Both the position numbers and the translations under genes were made by a program. The notes under the pieces were generated by a model. The model was given only the letters and a program-made list of their open reading frames with translations, searched no databases and was not told the DNA's origin. DNA of 49,782 bases from Clostridiales bacterium (GTDB taxonomy: Bacteria > Bacillota > Clostridia > Saccharofermentanales > Saccharofermentanaceae): contig JAFWDK010000031.1 in NCBI GenBank assembly GCA_017513085.1, forward strand, positions 1 to 49,782, in the 5' to 3' direction. This document shows positions 48,088 through 49,782 of this stretch, piece by piece; positions within the stretch are counted from its first letter, which is position 1, and each line of letters starts with the position of its first letter.

Positions 48088-49782
48088 TTAATCGTCAAAT
48101 GCTTCTGCGGTATAAAGGAAAATGACCTTGCCGTCCTTATCGATCATATATGAAAAGCTGGATTTCGGGCAGTAAAGAAGTATGTTTCCATTATAAATGT
48201 CTTCGGCATACTCCGGGTCGTTCCCGGACAAGAACGGATCGTTATCCTTCGAGAAGATCTTCTCGCCGGTTGCAATATCGATCAGTGAATGCGCGTGGGT
48301 TCCATAATCACGGACATACAGGTAGGCTTTGGATGTGGCTCTGTCATATAGAGGAGCTATCTCTTCCGAAAGCTCTTCATTTGTCAGAACTGTGGAACCG
48401 TCCTTCATATCGATAATTTGCCAAGTGTATGAATATGTATAATCATAATCATCTATTGGAATTGCATTAATGGAATACCCCAATATATACGATGTATTCG
48501 GAATATACTCCACTTGCTCTGCGTCTATCTGCACCTGTGTTCCGGTTTCAATATCCGTTACGACTTTGGAATTAGAAGAGTAGGAATAGTTCTCAAGATA
48601 TCTAGGCGGATCACTTTCGGATACACGATAGTTCGCTGAATACACAAAGTTGGTGGAGTCCGTCGTAAGACCGGGAATTGACAGGACCTGCTTCAGATTG
48701 CTGTCATATATCAGGCCTTCTTTAGTTGTGATGACAAAAACATCCTCACCTCTGACAAAGACGTTCTCTACTTGAGGAAGATCCTTTTTGTCCAGACTGG
48801 CAAGAGTATTACCATTCGGATCGAGAACACGGATAAAATCATTGTCATGGATCAATATGTTTTCCCCTAGACAAGAGAGGCCGACGTCTTCGAAAAGCAA
48901 ATTGCCGTCCGGATCATATGCTTTTGTGTGTTGGATATCTTTTTCGTAGTCATAAATGGAGTACCACAGGAAGTTTCCAAGAATATGGGGATAGTAATCT
49001 TTGATGGGAAGGTCGAGCTCGTTTCCTGTCGTTCCGTCATAGAGTCCCATCACGCTCGACATTTCGTCCAAATAGGCAACATATCTGTCTTTCAGAATGC
49101 AAATGTTTTGTGGATAATAACACTGATAATACTCTTCCGGTTCCATGCCATGAAGATCGACTTTTGCCTTGAGTGTTTTGGGCTCAGATGCTTTTCCTGT
49201 AGAGCGGTCAAAGGTGATATATGTCACATCGGAAAAAGTCGTCTGAAAGAGAATAAGATCGTCACCGACTATATCGTATGCATCGTATTTTGTTCCGGAA
49301 TAAACCGTTCCGTCATTGGAGAGATAACCCAGGAGATATTTCCCGAATTGAGCTTCCGTTTCCGGATAATATCTTCTCACTATGTAGCCGCCCTTTATAG
49401 GGAAATAATCATAAAACACCGGATCGCAGATCAGTTCTCCTTTGGAATTTATAAATCCCACTTTGCTGTTACTATTCCATTCTTCTTCAGAAGTGCTTTG
49501 AATGCCGAGAAAAGGAATCACGTACCCGTAATCGGAGGAAGGGGTGATATCCGAAATGGCCTCGTCCTGGATGCGATGGATCACATCAGCTTGCTTTGTT
49601 CCCGGCTGGTAGGCATCCCAATGAGCCTTGACGCCTGAGGAAGGATCCCCCGGATCAGATGCCCCGGAACTTGTTTCAGAAATGTTCTCGGAGGAAGTGG
49701 TGTCCTGTTCAGAAGTTTCTTCGGAAGTCTCTTCGGAAGTCTCTTCGGAAGTCTCTTCGGAAGTCTCTTCGGAAGTCTCTTC
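48088..49782 (-). CDS. Paralog family member D, 5' end beyond the window edge
   Basis: Frame open to the edge: (EETS)n...GVKAHWDAY...PSSDYGYV; the ORF-track start at 49584 is internal. Confidence 0.85.
   Translation of the reverse strand, partial: EETSEETSEETSEETSEETSEETSEQDTTSSENISETSSGASDPGDPSSGVKAHWDAYQPGTKQADVIHRIQDEAISDITPSSDYGYVIPFLGIQSTSEEEWNSNSKVGFINSKGELICDPVFYDYFPIKGGYIVRRYYPETEAQFGKYLLGYLSNDGTVYSGTKYDAYDIVGDDLILFQTTFSDVTYITFDRSTGKASEPKTLKAKVDLHGMEPEEYYQCYYPQNICILKDRYVAYLDEMSSVMGLYDGTTGNELDLPIKDYYPHILGNFLWYSIYDYEKDIQHTKAYDPDGNLLFEDVGLSCLGENILIHDNDFIRVLDPNGNTLASLDKKDLPQVENVFVRGEDVFVITTKEGLIYDSNLKQVLSIPGLTTDSTNFVYSANYRVSESDPPRYLENYSYSSNSKVVTDIETGTQVQIDAEQVEYIPNTSYILGYSINAIPIDDYDYTYSYTWQIIDMKDGSTVLTNEELSEEIAPLYDRATSKAYLYVRDYGTHAHSLIDIATGEKIFSKDNDPFLSGNDPEYAEDIYNGNILLYCPKSSFSYMIDKDGKVIFLYTAEAFDD
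49711..49782 (-). repeat. 12-bp tandem repeat encoding EETS
   Basis: GGAAGTCTCTTC x5 perfect (49723-49782) plus one degenerate copy; truncated by the window end. Confidence 0.95.

Noticed and set aside
49711-49782. Terminal repeat as a CRISPR array
   Set aside because: Contiguous 12-bp units without spacers, in frame within a CDS; no cas genes.

Overview
Chromosomal window from a Clostridia-type Firmicute (two T-box riboswitches, sigma-A promoters, many Ser/Thr-rich lipoproteins); a rumen or gut niche is an inference. Housekeeping genes include a glutaminase-less guaA, an orphan carB, mgtE, asnS-asnA under an Asn T-box, and htrA. Other genes encode glycoside hydrolases (GH51, GH3, GH36), two MATE transporters, GT2/GT4, an ECF sigma/anti-sigma pair and a DHH phosphoesterase. 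The most notable features are: (1) an integrase-less 1.4-kb cassette at the guaA 3' end, bounded by a direct repeat of the last guaA codons plus a long bulged hairpin and terminator, next to a RhuM-Fic gene; (2) an Ile-specifier (AUC) T-box controlling an XRE-cupin-acyl-CoA ligase fusion; (3) a ~350-nt mgtE leader with uORFs and SD-sequestering stems that I cannot match to the M-box; (4) a TIR-TM-beta-propeller receptor-like protein; (5) five divergent paralogous surface lipoproteins, four in tandem, the last with a 12-bp VNTR running off the window edge. All family calls are from motif recognition by eye, with no database searches.
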